Shown: positions 29,061 through 39,198 of the stretch, one piece after another
Position numbering within the stretch: the first letter of the stretch is position 1
Layout: the number at the start of each line of letters is the position of its first letter
Virus record (IMG/VR): IMGVR_UViG_3300040801_004532
Location: 1-64,000 of that record
DNA: 64,000 nt
Reading direction: 5' to 3' (one strand)
The notes under the pieces: generated by a model
The model's database searches: none
Seen by the model: only the letters and a program-made list of their open reading frames with translations
Told to the model about the DNA's origin: nothing
Translations under genes and position numbers: made by a program

Positions 29061-29876
29061 TTATTTGTTCTGAGAATTGGGAATGGGATCTATATTAAGA
29101 GGCAATGAATCCACAAATCGGAATACTTTCCACCCTAGTTTTCCAAGGATCGAATCTCTAATTGCATCTTTCTCGGGGTCGTGCCAGTAGGAACCGTCAT
29201 ATTCAAATGCAAGTTTTTCCTCTGGCACGGCCACATCTATACAGAAATCACCCAAAGGATATTCAAGAATTGCTGTCGGATATTTTTCTTTTACCATTTC
29301 ATAGAGTTGTAATTGGGGGGTTGAGATGCGGGGGGCGGCTAACCAACCTTTCTGACCATTAATAATTTGTTGCTTCCTTCTTTTTTTGGCTTTATCTTTT
29401 CCCATTATTTCTTCATAGGTTTTTCCTTTTAGTAAAGAAGGTCGCCCTTTTAAAGCATCTGAAACTTTTTTGGATATTTCTGGATCTTTTAATGGATTTA
29501 ATTCACCCAAAAAAAATTTTTTCCCATGATCAGTTTTCATAATATTTTTTTTACCAAATTTTCTTTTTGTAGTCTTTTCTGACTTTCCTAAAAGTTCTTC
29601 ACTAGAATATCCTATACCTCCATAGAGTTGGTTACATGTTTCTATAATTTGTGTTTCACATTTTTTCCTTCGTTTACTTCTTTTTTCAGAATCTTTTTTT
29701 GTCATTGTAGGAAGGTTGGGAAATTCTTCTCTAACATCACGAATTGTTTTTTTATGGAGTTTTAAGTGTTGCCAATGCAAAAATTGCATTTCTTTTCCGC
29801 AATAGGGACATACTACATATTTAACATCTACTACTAGGTGTATCCTATTTCTTTCTTTTCTTGTTAGCCGTTTCAT
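29061..29876 (-). CDS. Putative homing endonuclease (zinc finger, NUMOD-like region, DUF559/PD-(D/E)xK domain)
   Basis: CPYC...HLKLH; KGKTYEEIMG; ID.A......AFEYDGSYWH...RD..L...GWKVFR. Confidence 0.7.
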   Translation of the reverse strand: MKRLTRKERNRIHLVVDVKYVVCPYCGKEMQFLHWQHLKLHKKTIRDVREEFPNLPTMTKKDSEKRSKRRKKCETQIIETCNQLYGGIGYSSEELLGKSEKTTKRKFGKKNIMKTDHGKKFFLGELNPLKDPEISKKVSDALKGRPSLLKGKTYEEIMGKDKAKKRRKQQIINGQKGWLAAPRISTPQLQLYEMVKEKYPTAILEYPLGDFCIDVAVPEEKLAFEYDGSYWHDPEKDAIRDSILGKLGWKVFRFVDSLPLNIDPIPNSQNK

Positions 29877-29898
29877 ATTAATTTGTTCTGAACCGACG

Positions 29899-29939
29899 AA
29901 AAAAAGACCCAGAAGAGATTTCTCCCTTCTGGGTCTTTT
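29899..29939 (-). terminator. Terminator downstream of the major capsid gene
   Basis: AAAAGACCCAGAAG/CTTCTGGGTCTTTT stem with A/T runs. Confidence 0.8.
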
Positions 29940-29970
29940 AAAGTTAGGCTAATGTACCATACCCTATTGA

Positions 29971-31422
29971 TTATGCACCAATACTTAAAGTTGCAATCCC
30001 GGATGCCCTAACAAGAGCAGTTGCGTATCTACTTAGGATTGTCAAGCTTGGTGTATAGCCAAGTGGATACGGATGCAAAACTGCTGGCACATATGGGCTG
30101 TAAAAGTAAATAGCCTTTAGTTCTTCAACTGGTTTGTACACCATCAACATTGTTCCTTGTGTTACGACTGCTGATGTAAGAACTTTCCATTTTCCACCAG
30201 CAACTGTGGCTGAACGGTAACCTAGATCACCATCAACTGAGCTTGTTCCTGTATAGTTGAAGGTTTGTAGATCTTCAAGAATAGCAACATCTAGTGGGTT
30301 AGCTAGAATTGTATTTCCAGCTTCGATGTTGGTATCTGTATAGATCTGACCTGATAGTTCGTTCAATGGAACAATGATGTTCTCATGCCAATACTTGGTT
30401 CCCCATGTATATGTAACAGGTGGGGTACGGTTGAATGTCTTTTGATGTGTTGCAGAGTTCAAGCGAGTATTGGCTGTGATTAGAGCATTGATGATTTCTC
30501 TGTCAATGTCTAGCGCTACTTGCTGACCAAGAATGTTTACGATTTCAGCTTGCATTGAAACATCAAATAGAGCTCTCATGTCTTGCTCCATGTTGATTGT
30601 CCAATTTGCTGAGATCTGGCGGTCTCTTGCATATAGACGAATTTTGTCTACATTAAGAGTTACGCTTGGGTTAATTCTGTTTTCTTCTAGTGAAGTGGTT
30701 ACCTGGAAACGAGCATATAGAACTGTTCCAGTTGTACTAGAAATGTCTACAGTACCATTTAGGAAATCAACTTTACCAGAGATAACGTCAGCGGAACCAC
30801 CAACTGTTACACTTGATGAAAAGTGTCCTTCAACAGCAGGTACAATTGAAACGTCTGTCCATGCAGTACCGTCTGTAGAAACACCAGTAATTTCGAAGTC
30901 TCTTTCAAGGTGAGCCTGTGTGCTATTAAGACCAATTACACCAAGAACATCATATGACGAACTTGGAACAGCCATTGAAGCAGAAACAGGTGTACCTATT
31001 GCGGCACCTTGTGAAATATCTGTGCTTGTTACGGGTGCATCATACTGAGAAGGATTGTTTGATGGACTAAACTTGGCTTTAATAAACGCCTTAACTGTTT
31101 CAGGTTTGTCCATTGGTGAAACTGTTACGGCTTCTTTTGCAACTAGTTTCGGATAAAATACACGAAGAATGGGTAGAGTTAATGTTTCATATGGGTTGAT
31201 CTGAAACATTGAGTTCTCTAGAAGGTTAATTCTTGTGTTTTCCGCTAGCTGAACAAAAGCTGCCCGGTCTTTTTTGCTCTCGATTGATTCCGCTAGACCT
31301 TGTACATACGCATCAAAAGCAGCGTCATCAACAAGAACGGCTTTTAGATTACCTGGCTTTGATGGATCAATACCAGACATCTTTTTAGTGGTCGCATAGA
31401 CCTCTTGTAGCAACTCTTTCAT
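29971..31422 (-). CDS. Major capsid protein (T4 gp23-like)
   Basis: VSPM, R.ISA.WT..MEQD, EI...L...V...IDREII, FYSPYVP, SRYA motifs; head-gene context. Confidence 0.9.
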   Translation of the reverse strand: MKELLQEVYATTKKMSGIDPSKPGNLKAVLVDDAAFDAYVQGLAESIESKKDRAAFVQLAENTRINLLENSMFQINPYETLTLPILRVFYPKLVAKEAVTVSPMDKPETVKAFIKAKFSPSNNPSQYDAPVTSTDISQGAAIGTPVSASMAVPSSSYDVLGVIGLNSTQAHLERDFEITGVSTDGTAWTDVSIVPAVEGHFSSSVTVGGSADVISGKVDFLNGTVDISSTTGTVLYARFQVTTSLEENRINPSVTLNVDKIRLYARDRQISANWTINMEQDMRALFDVSMQAEIVNILGQQVALDIDREIINALITANTRLNSATHQKTFNRTPPVTYTWGTKYWHENIIVPLNELSGQIYTDTNIEAGNTILANPLDVAILEDLQTFNYTGTSSVDGDLGYRSATVAGGKWKVLTSAVVTQGTMLMVYKPVEELKAIYFYSPYVPAVLHPYPLGYTPSLTILSRYATALVRASGIATLSIGA

Positions 31423-31486
31423 AACCCTTTAACCTCCATAGTAAATTTTTTTTGGGTAAAGCATACATCTCACTCTAGCTTTTGGA

Positions 31487-31498
31487 TTATGTTCTAAA
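31487..31498 (-). promoter_or_regulatory. Putative late promoter upstream of the capsid gene
   Basis: TTTAGAACATAA on the minus strand. Confidence 0.6.
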
Positions 31499-31582
31499 CT
31501 TATGATAAGATTGGTTTTATGCTAAAAAGGAGGGATATTTGAGTTTTAAACTGAATTGATAAAATTGGCTTGAGAATTAAAC

Positions 31583-31996
31583 TTAACGAGAAAATCTTTT
31601 ACTAATTGTTGTGAGTGTATTTCTCAAATGGTAATCAAGTTTTTCATCTGATAACTTAGTAATAATTTTAAGTAACACAGTTGTTTCGTGTTTAAGTGTT
31701 CCATCATAAACTAACCCTGAAGAAATAAGTTTATCAATTCTATCAAGTAATTTTGAAATCTTTTTCTTTCTTTTGTAGTCTTCCATTAACCTTTCAAGGT
31801 CTTCCTTGTTTTTCTTAACGCTTATTTTTTTGTTTTCTATTTCTGTTTTAATATCTTCAATTTCGCCAATTCTTGTGGAATAAATTTCGCTAAACAATGG
31901 ATAAACATTTTGGATAATGTTATCTGCCAGAACTAGTTTGGATTCATCAATATTTTCTGGAACAACATTTGGAATAGAGGTTTCTTCTATGATCAT
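31583..31996 (-). CDS. Hypothetical coiled-coil protein
   Basis: 137-aa ORF in the head operon. Confidence 0.6.
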   Translation of the reverse strand: MIIEETSIPNVVPENIDESKLVLADNIIQNVYPLFSEIYSTRIGEIEDIKTEIENKKISVKKNKEDLERLMEDYKRKKKISKLLDRIDKLISSGLVYDGTLKHETTVLLKIITKLSDEKLDYHLRNTLTTISKRFSR

Positions 31997-32283
31997 AGTT
32001 CACTCCCGATAGATTCTAGAAGTTCCATTTGCTTTCTTGAGTTCTGGTCATCTAGAATCTCAATTCGTTGTATTATATCATTCTTTATAGTATCGGATTG
32101 TTCTAGTAGAGCATTTTGTTTTTCTCTTTTTTTCCTTAGCGACTCAATTCTATTTTCAACTATTTCTAGTTCATTCCTTAGTTGAAAATTGGGGTCATTT
32201 TTGCATATCAAAAATATTCGATCTACAATTGATGGTAGAAGGACTTGTGGATTTTCTTTTTTGTCTATATTCTCAACTTTCAC
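31993..32283 (-). CDS. Hypothetical coiled-coil protein
   Basis: 96-aa ORF with AGGAG SD. Confidence 0.55.
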   Translation of the reverse strand: MKVENIDKKENPQVLLPSIVDRIFLICKNDPNFQLRNELEIVENRIESLRKKREKQNALLEQSDTIKNDIIQRIEILDDQNSRKQMELLESIGSEL

Positions 32284-32293
32284 ATTAGACTCC

Positions 32294-32686
32294 TTACTGT
32301 TTTTGGTAGGCTTGTTTTTTTATTTCTTTGAATCTATTTGAAAAGAATTTAATCTGATCAGAAATTTTCATCATTCTACCAGAAACCTTTTCTTTACATT
32401 TCTCAGGATTTTTGGCTTTTTGACATTTTGCCATATTCTGTTTTAATTTTTGAAGTTGAAGATTTTTAGCCGTTATCCTTGCTTTTAACATACATAAGGC
32501 TTTTTCTTCGGGCGGCAACGTGCCACATTGTCTAGCTGCTTTTGTAAAATAGTCTTTATATATTTTAAATCCATGTTGTAAAATACTAACTGCAGATAAT
32601 CCAATCCCAACTGCTGCTAGAGGAACAACCTCATCAACATAATTCAAGTGATCAAGATACTCATCAACTAGAATATGTTTTTCCAT
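32294..32686 (-). CDS. Putative internal head protein (paralog of 33370-33912)
   Basis: YK.(Y/F)..KAA..C......K..CM...KC...K.P..CK.K motif shared with 33370-33912. Confidence 0.55.
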   Translation of the reverse strand: MEKHILVDEYLDHLNYVDEVVPLAAVGIGLSAVSILQHGFKIYKDYFTKAARQCGTLPPEEKALCMLKARITAKNLQLQKLKQNMAKCQKAKNPEKCKEKVSGRMMKISDQIKFFSNRFKEIKKQAYQKQ

Positions 32687-32687
32687 A

Positions 32688-33350
32688 TTACACCCATCTA
32701 TCAAAGAAAGTATATACCTTCTTTTCGATTAATTTATCAAAATAATCTGGCATAAAACATTGTCCATTTACACAAACAAGACCATTTCTATTTTCAAAAA
32801 GCATGCTTTGCTCAAATTTCATTTCGTTAAAATCAACAACTGCTGCTTGATGTGATGGAGAAGAAACACAATCAAAGGCAATAATTGTTAGAGGAGCTTT
32901 AACCTCATTATAATCAGTTCGTCTTTCTAATTCCGCCAGCCCTCTCATGCTAAATCCAACGCCGGTTTTATCTCTCAATAACCCAAGAAGAATCCCACCA
33001 TTTGGAGTGCTTGTTGTTTCCATTTCAGCATACAACATGTTATTTCTAAATTCATAATCACGAATAATATGAGAAACTTTTTCAAGAGAAACGGTAGTTT
33101 GCCTAATACCATCAACCTGGTTATTTCCAGTTGGTAGTGGATGATCAAGTTCTGAATAAAATGCTCTTCGTCTCATTCTTGACTCGCAATTAGTCATTCC
33201 TTCAGAAAGGACAGAAGAAGGATATAATCTATGGTTCTGATTTACTTCATCCACGGTTTGAATTGGGCATCTGAAGATGGCTTTTGCGGGGGTTTCCCTA
33301 ACCATCTGTGCCTCTGCCAATACAGTACCTTCAATAATTAGCTTACCCAT
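32688..33350 (-). CDS. Prohead protease (T4 gp21-like)
   Basis: N.N.R.YP, ELDHP, VSHII, GFSMRG, FDCVS.PS motifs. Confidence 0.9.
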   Translation of the reverse strand: MGKLIIEGTVLAEAQMVRETPAKAIFRCPIQTVDEVNQNHRLYPSSVLSEGMTNCESRMRRRAFYSELDHPLPTGNNQVDGIRQTTVSLEKVSHIIRDYEFRNNMLYAEMETTSTPNGGILLGLLRDKTGVGFSMRGLAELERRTDYNEVKAPLTIIAFDCVSSPSHQAAVVDFNEMKFEQSMLFENRNGLVCVNGQCFMPDYFDKLIEKKVYTFFDRWV

Positions 33351-33369
33351 CTTATTTATCTCCTGATGT

Positions 33370-33912
33370 TTATAGTTGGCCCATTTTTGCTTTTTCTTTA
33401 GAAATTTTTGCTTGTATTTTTTGTTTGCATGTAGTCGGATCTTTGGTGTTTCCGCATTTACTAAGTGCTGATTGCATAGCTTGAATTTTAGCTTTTTGAG
33501 CGTCTTGTTTGAATTTAGACATACAATTTGTTTTTTCGACTCCAGATTTTCCTTTACATGCTTTTGCTGCTTTAGACAAAAATCTTTTATATGCTTTATA
33601 TGCTAAAGCCCCTGCTAATGCAACAACTGCCGCTGCTTGCATACCGCTTGCTTGACCAGCCTTAAATGAAGCACCAATAGGGTCTTTATAGTTATTAATA
33701 GCGGAAACAGCAGCACCCCATCCTCCTTCTCTTAGAGAAGTTTTATCTTTCATAATTCCTTCTATTAAAAGACACTTCATTTGATCCATAGTCGCTTCAA
33801 TAACAAATTGATGAAGCTGCGATTTTTCATCATCTGAAAGATTATCATGTTCATCAATATAGAAACTTGTAAAAATTTTTATATCGTCTAGTTTGCCAAA
33901 ATTTAAGTTCAT
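33370..33912 (-). CDS. Putative internal head protein
   Basis: Paralog of 32294-32686. Confidence 0.55.
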   Translation of the reverse strand: MNLNFGKLDDIKIFTSFYIDEHDNLSDDEKSQLHQFVIEATMDQMKCLLIEGIMKDKTSLREGGWGAAVSAINNYKDPIGASFKAGQASGMQAAAVVALAGALAYKAYKRFLSKAAKACKGKSGVEKTNCMSKFKQDAQKAKIQAMQSALSKCGNTKDPTTCKQKIQAKISKEKAKMGQL

Positions 33913-33913
33913 C

Positions 33914-34807
33914 TTATTTATCTCCTGTTTTTGCCTGTTTTTTATAGTAATCTTTTATAGAATCATAAACCTCTTTTATGAACTTATAGTATATCACAAT
34001 AATTTCGTTGAGTTTTCCTTTATAAGAGTTAAAGTTAGCAGAGATTATTTCAAATAATTCGATGGCTTGCGATACATAATTTCTAACCTTCAATAACTCT
34101 TCACTTGACTCACTTCCCAAATAGGCTTCAATTGCAGTCATACGAGCATATACTTTTTTTAGTTCATAAATTCTACCTAATTCTGTGGGCGATTTTTCTT
34201 CTTCTTCTTGTCCCATTCCCATATCGCCGCCCATACCTGCTGTTTCATCGCCCATTCCAACATCACCACCAGTATCTCCCAAGTCGCCGCTAGCACCTGC
34301 TTCATCTCCAAGTCCAGCATCCGGGTCAGAACCAGCAGCATGTACTGCTGTCTCTGGATCTTCTCCAACTTCTCCACCCTCTATATCTTCTTCATCAACC
34401 TCTTCATCAGACTCGCCAGTTGCTTCTTCAGCAGATTCCTCACCTGCTGTTGCAGCCATAGCTGCTTCATCCTCTGGATCTAGTTCCTCTTCTCCTTCTG
34501 GTGGTTCAAACTCTTCTTCTTCTGGATCAATATCTTTTGATTTCTTTTTCTTATCCTTTTTTTCATCATCTTCCTGTTCAAGGATTCTTAACCAATCTTC
34601 TTGTTCTAAAGGATAATAGTTGCTTCCAGCTTTCTTTCCTTTTGGTAAAGCAAATGGCCGATGTGTAACATAAGGCGTATCGACGGCATCAGGAACATCA
34701 ATATGATCATCTTCTGGATCATCTGTATATGGAGGATATTGAAAATTAAAACCAGGCCCAAATACCTCATCCTGAAGAAGTTTATGTATCTTTTTTAGTC
34801 TAGACAT
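33914..34807 (-). CDS. Acidic prohead core/scaffold-like protein
   Basis: Long E/D/G-rich tract; lies between portal and protease. Confidence 0.55.
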   Translation of the reverse strand: MSRLKKIHKLLQDEVFGPGFNFQYPPYTDDPEDDHIDVPDAVDTPYVTHRPFALPKGKKAGSNYYPLEQEDWLRILEQEDDEKKDKKKKSKDIDPEEEEFEPPEGEEELDPEDEAAMAATAGEESAEEATGESDEEVDEEDIEGGEVGEDPETAVHAAGSDPDAGLGDEAGASGDLGDTGGDVGMGDETAGMGGDMGMGQEEEEKSPTELGRIYELKKVYARMTAIEAYLGSESSEELLKVRNYVSQAIELFEIISANFNSYKGKLNEIIVIYYKFIKEVYDSIKDYYKKQAKTGDK

Positions 34808-36730
34808 TTAGAATGCTGCTCCTCCAAAGCCTCCTCCTGCTCCACCTAAACCGCCCATATCATCTTCATCTTTTTTAGATGGATCAAGCGATTGCTCAAC
34901 ATTTTGGTCAATATTATACTTCTTGATTTCATCCCAATCAAAATGAGATAAGTATTTCTTTTTGGCATATTCTTTTGGAATTCCGATTCGATCAAGACTT
35001 TCAATTAGACCAACAAGCTCATTCATGTATCTTGCCTCTCGTTCATATTGTAGAGATTTTGGTGCAGGAAGATTAACTTCGACGTTATCAAATATTTGTA
35101 GTGCCTCGTCTGGATCTATAATCTCAAAAACCTTTTCTAATAGATCTCTAATCTGCATACTGATATATTTTTGATGTCCAATTACAGTTCTTGCAAATAG
35201 AATATTCTCTTCACTTAATGCTGCCTTATTTGAAAGGTTTTCTTCTATTCCAATAAAACTAGGCGGAATACCCCAAGAGGCTGTTAATTGATCTCGCATA
35301 AATTTTAACTCATCTGTTTTACTTCTAACATCAACATTGCCTTCATTAAATGTACTAATATCAACAAAAGGTTTTCCATCCTTTTGTGGAATGTAAACAT
35401 CTTCGAACGTTGTAATCATACTTGGAATTGTATCAACAGTTCCAAAGCTATCAAGACTAACCTTTCTTTTTCTAAACTCTTCTTTCATCTGTTCAATAGC
35501 TTTTCTTGCATCACGAGGCAAACCAATTTCAACAGCAATCTTTCTTTTCTCTGTTGATCTCGACAATCTTTGAACTGCTAATGCAGTTTCAAGAGCAATT
35601 AAAACTTTAGCCGAATACTGTGAAGAATCAAACACTGACTCCCCATATGGATAATATTTTGTAGATGGAATTTGAAAATGAGTCATCTTGTCCGGCGGAA
35701 CATATCTGATCTCTAGTGCTTGAGTTGGATCAGAATGTTGAATCATATAGACAATAATATCTTTAAGTTCCTGATTATCTTTAAACTCGCCCATCTGTGG
35801 AATTTTCTTTTCAAGATTCCTTAAAATCGACAGACAAATATTGTTTACAGCTTCGTCTTCCAAATTCGTTCCTACGATATTCATTCCCCTAAAAGTAGGG
35901 AATACTAAATATCCAAAACAAACTGGGAACAATGAACTCTGTAGTTTAACAATTGAACTGGGTTTATGAAAAACTAAATGTATATTTGAAACCTTTACCT
36001 TTTTACTTGTATCATTTTGTTCCGAAAAAGATGAATAGTCAATCTTTATATTTAATGATCTATCCTTTTTTCCTTCTTTAAATGTTTCATTCCAAACGGA
36101 CAGATCTCCATTATTTATTTTATTTTGAATGTGGTCACGATATGCGGTTGTTTCACTTAGCATTGATTTGCTTGTAAGAGCAATCTTTGGAGAGGCAATC
36201 TCGCAGAAGAAATCGCCATATAATAGCGTATTTCTAACAACTATATCTAGTCGCTTTTCAAGCCCAATTTCTTTTATTACTTCTTTGACTCGTTTAACTC
36301 TTGACTCGGCAGATTCTTCATCCTCAATATAGCTAGTTGGTTTAACATCAAGCGATACTTTTGTAATATCATCTGGTGAAAGAATATTATCAACAAGAAC
36401 TGCCAACGCTCTATGGGCATAGTTAATATTTGAAATGATGGCTTCATACGTCTTATAACGCATCAACCTAGCGGCTTGACCAAAAGCAGCAGGACCAGCT
36501 TGGGATTGTGAAAATATCCCGCCTGCTGAAAGACCAACGCCAGTTGTTGATTTCGAAATTACAGCTCTAACTAAATCAATATATCCATTTCTTCCACTGT
36601 GGGATTTGTATGTAACAATATCCTTGACAGCTTTATCTAGAGCTGTATCAATTTTCTGAGTTTTCGTTCCTACGACATTCGACTTAAGCTGTGTAAATAA
36701 ATCTGCTAGCTTTTTATTTTCTGGCATCAA
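34808..36730 (-). CDS. Portal protein (T4 gp20-like)
   Basis: LYGDFF, ETALAVQRLSRSTEKR, EDVYIP, L...WGIPPS, FAR motifs. Confidence 0.9.
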   Translation of the reverse strand: MMPENKKLADLFTQLKSNVVGTKTQKIDTALDKAVKDIVTYKSHSGRNGYIDLVRAVISKSTTGVGLSAGGIFSQSQAGPAAFGQAARLMRYKTYEAIISNINYAHRALAVLVDNILSPDDITKVSLDVKPTSYIEDEESAESRVKRVKEVIKEIGLEKRLDIVVRNTLLYGDFFCEIASPKIALTSKSMLSETTAYRDHIQNKINNGDLSVWNETFKEGKKDRSLNIKIDYSSFSEQNDTSKKVKVSNIHLVFHKPSSIVKLQSSLFPVCFGYLVFPTFRGMNIVGTNLEDEAVNNICLSILRNLEKKIPQMGEFKDNQELKDIIVYMIQHSDPTQALEIRYVPPDKMTHFQIPSTKYYPYGESVFDSSQYSAKVLIALETALAVQRLSRSTEKRKIAVEIGLPRDARKAIEQMKEEFRKRKVSLDSFGTVDTIPSMITTFEDVYIPQKDGKPFVDISTFNEGNVDVRSKTDELKFMRDQLTASWGIPPSFIGIEENLSNKAALSEENILFARTVIGHQKYISMQIRDLLEKVFEIIDPDEALQIFDNVEVNLPAPKSLQYEREARYMNELVGLIESLDRIGIPKEYAKKKYLSHFDWDEIKKYNIDQNVEQSLDPSKKDEDDMGGLGGAGGGFGGAAF

Positions 36731-36738
36731 TGGACTCC

Positions 36739-37002
36739 TTATCGTCTAGCTTGACTTCTAACCCTTGGTCCATATTTATCATGGATCATATTTCTGTATT
36801 TATGGTAGAGATCACGATACTTAACCATTCTTTTATATAAGGGGTCGTTTCTTTTTCTTGCTGCAATACTTGAAAGTTGCCCCGCAGCCCTTTTAATTTT
36901 TGATTGTCCTGTAATCGTGGCTTTTGAGGTTAGTTTCGATTCGTCAAGTGAGTTTAGATATTCTGTGACCTTATTATCAATATTGCCTTGACTCATTATC
37001 AA
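36739..37002 (-). CDS. Small basic hypothetical protein
   Basis: AR.RNDPLY motif; overlaps the upstream gene. Confidence 0.55.
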   Translation of the reverse strand: MIMSQGNIDNKVTEYLNSLDESKLTSKATITGQSKIKRAAGQLSSIAARKRNDPLYKRMVKYRDLYHKYRNMIHDKYGPRVRSQARR

Positions 37003-37426
37003 CTTGCCCCTCTTGTTTCTCCATCATGGTATCCATAGAAGATTTCCTGACTTCGTCCGCTTCATAGCGGGTATTGAAATATTCAATCATGTTGAATATC
37101 AGCGTATCTTCATCCCCATAGAGAAACACAAATTCTTTATATAAATTTGGTCCTATTAGCTTAATAACCAATCGAGCAAAATCCTGAGAAATTACATTAA
37201 AATCTTCGTCATTAACTCTTGAAGCATCTAATGAATAAACTAAAATCCTGTCCTTATGAATAATCTCATATGCTTTATTCATATGATATTCTAAAACTGA
37301 TGCGTAATCGGTAAATTTTGTAACTATGTTATTCCTTCGTTTGCTTTTTAAAGTTGCCAGTAAAAGATATACACACGATAGAATTGAGATCCCTAAAAAA
37401 GTTGTTAAAACATATATTATTGTCAT
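36977..37426 (-). CDS. Membrane-anchored hypothetical protein
   Basis: N-terminal TM helix. Confidence 0.6.
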   Translation of the reverse strand: MTIIYVLTTFLGISILSCVYLLLATLKSKRRNNIVTKFTDYASVLEYHMNKAYEIIHKDRILVYSLDASRVNDEDFNVISQDFARLVIKLIGPNLYKEFVFLYGDEDTLIFNMIEYFNTRYEADEVRKSSMDTMMEKQEGQVDNESRQY

Positions 37427-37427
37427 A

Positions 37428-37700
37428 TCAGTCAGAAATTATATCCTCTTGAATTTCTTCTTTCGCTGTCTCTTGTTGTTGCCCCAATTCAAAATTTTCT
37501 GTGTCTATATCTTCAACTGTAATGGCGGAAATTTTACTGGGTCGGATTATAGTCGAACATGTTGATGTATGCAAAATAGAAACGTTATTACTTTCTAGAA
37601 GACTTGATGTCTTTCTGGTATATTCCTCTATGGGTGTCTTATCATCATCTTTAATTAGAATTGGACTACCCCCGTCTTGATAAATTATGATTTGTTTCAT
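37428..37700 (-). CDS. Hypothetical protein
   Basis: 90 aa; start overlaps the upstream stop. Confidence 0.55.
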   Translation of the reverse strand: MKQIIIYQDGGSPILIKDDDKTPIEEYTRKTSSLLESNNVSILHTSTCSTIIRPSKISAITVEDIDTENFELGQQQETAKEEIQEDIISD

Positions 37701-38020
37701 TAGCCGCTCTCTTTCATAAATTTATCAAGTAAAGATTTAGGCTCCTCATTTGATTTATTATCCGAGGGTTTAGACTCTTCTATGATTAGAGGGGGTGTGT
37801 CTATCTTCTGTAACTCTACTTCATCTTGTTCAACCTTTCTTTCATTAGGATCTATTACCTCAAAATTTTCAATTTCAGCCATTTTTAGGGCGATTCGCAT
37901 TTGAATAAGCTCTTTTTCTGAAAGCTCTATTTCAACAGGAGTTCGCAATTTTCTATTTCTAAAACGAATCATCCTATTATTGTCTCTTATTATTAAGATT
38001 TTCATATCTTCCCTTTCCAA
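37700..38020 (-). CDS. Hypothetical protein
   Basis: ~100-aa ORF. Confidence 0.55.
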   Translation of the reverse strand: MEREDMKILIIRDNNRMIRFRNRKLRTPVEIELSEKELIQMRIALKMAEIENFEVIDPNERKVEQDEVELQKIDTPPLIIEESKPSDNKSNEEPKSLLDKFMKESG

Positions 38021-38029
38021 AACCGACCA

Positions 38030-38063
38030 AAGGTTAAGCAGGCATCATTACCTGCTTAACCTT
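38030..38063 (-). terminator. Hairpin after the acidic head gene
   Basis: AAGGTTAAGCAGG/CCTGCTTAACCTT 13-bp stem. Confidence 0.55.
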
Positions 38064-38088
38064 CAGGTCTATAAATATAGAGAAAATT

Positions 38089-39096
38089 TTACTCGTCGTC
38101 TTCGATGGCTTCTTTGAAGATTCTAAAGGCTTCTTCATATTCATCGCCTTGATCTTCATTATCCATCTTTCTTTGTAGAGATGGTGGGGGAGCATGACCC
38201 GCTCCCGAACCTTGTTCGTTCATCTCTTTATCGACGTCGAGGTCTTCCTCGTCTTCTTCCTCACCACCTTCCTCGTCTTTTTCTTCTTGCTCATTGTAGT
38301 TTTTGGCCTTTACCATTTTATCATGAATATCTTTTCGTGGAGGGATTTGGCCTTCTGCATCACCTGTACCTGCTTGCTCTGTACCAGCACCTTCCGTATC
38401 TTCTTCTGGGCCTGAAGCTTTCTTTTCTTTTGGAGCTTCCATTCCTGGTTTTGGTCCGTCACCAGTATAGGACATATCTCCCTCTTCTACTTCTTCCTCT
38501 CCTTCTTCTTCCTCTCCTTCTTCATCTTCCATTTCAGCAATCAGTTTTTCAATAACTGCATTTTCTAGACCTTCAGTCATATCTTCTTCTTCTTCGTCTT
38601 CCTCTTCTTCCTCTTCTTCGTCTTCCTGTTCCTTCACATATTTCTTACCTTTAGGAACTTTCTTTCCAGACCATTCGGCTTCTTCCATTTCTTCCTTTTC
38701 GTCTTCTTCGTCTTCTTCTTTCTCGCCTTTTTCCTCTTGTTCCTTGGCTATTTCTTTTGCGGCGTCTTTCTTTGAACCTGAAATATTGCCTGCATCAGAA
38801 GTTCCAGCTTGTTCTGTACCTGTTCCTTCACCATGTTTTTCTGAAGCTGTTTTCTTTTCAGTACCATCTTCATTATAGTCACCTTCTGATACCTCAACAC
38901 CAGCATCTTGTGACTCATTGAAGTAATACCGTTCTAAAATACTAGCTGCGTCCTTATAAACTGGCAACTCGCCTTGCCCGTCCCATTTCAGAATGGGATC
39001 TAGCATGGGTCCTTTAACATCGACAGATTTCGATGTATCAAATTCAGAAATTGCCTGTTTCAATAAGTTCTGGTATGAAACTCTTTTTCTACTCAT
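38089..39096 (-). CDS. Highly acidic scaffold/internal head-like protein
   Basis: 335 aa, E/D-rich; duplicated GTEQAGT motif; own late-type motif at 39155-39167. Confidence 0.55.
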   Translation of the reverse strand: MSRKRVSYQNLLKQAISEFDTSKSVDVKGPMLDPILKWDGQGELPVYKDAASILERYYFNESQDAGVEVSEGDYNEDGTEKKTASEKHGEGTGTEQAGTSDAGNISGSKKDAAKEIAKEQEEKGEKEEDEEDEKEEMEEAEWSGKKVPKGKKYVKEQEDEEEEEEEDEEEEDMTEGLENAVIEKLIAEMEDEEGEEEEGEEEVEEGDMSYTGDGPKPGMEAPKEKKASGPEEDTEGAGTEQAGTGDAEGQIPPRKDIHDKMVKAKNYNEQEEKDEEGGEEEDEEDLDVDKEMNEQGSGAGHAPPPSLQRKMDNEDQGDEYEEAFRIFKEAIEDDE

Positions 39097-39198
39097 TTTT
39101 AGTTATCCTCCTAGAATAATTAAGAAAGTAATAACCAGTTTCCTTGGCATTTGATTTTTGTTCTAAACTACATAACCTATAAAACCCCAGTTTAATTC

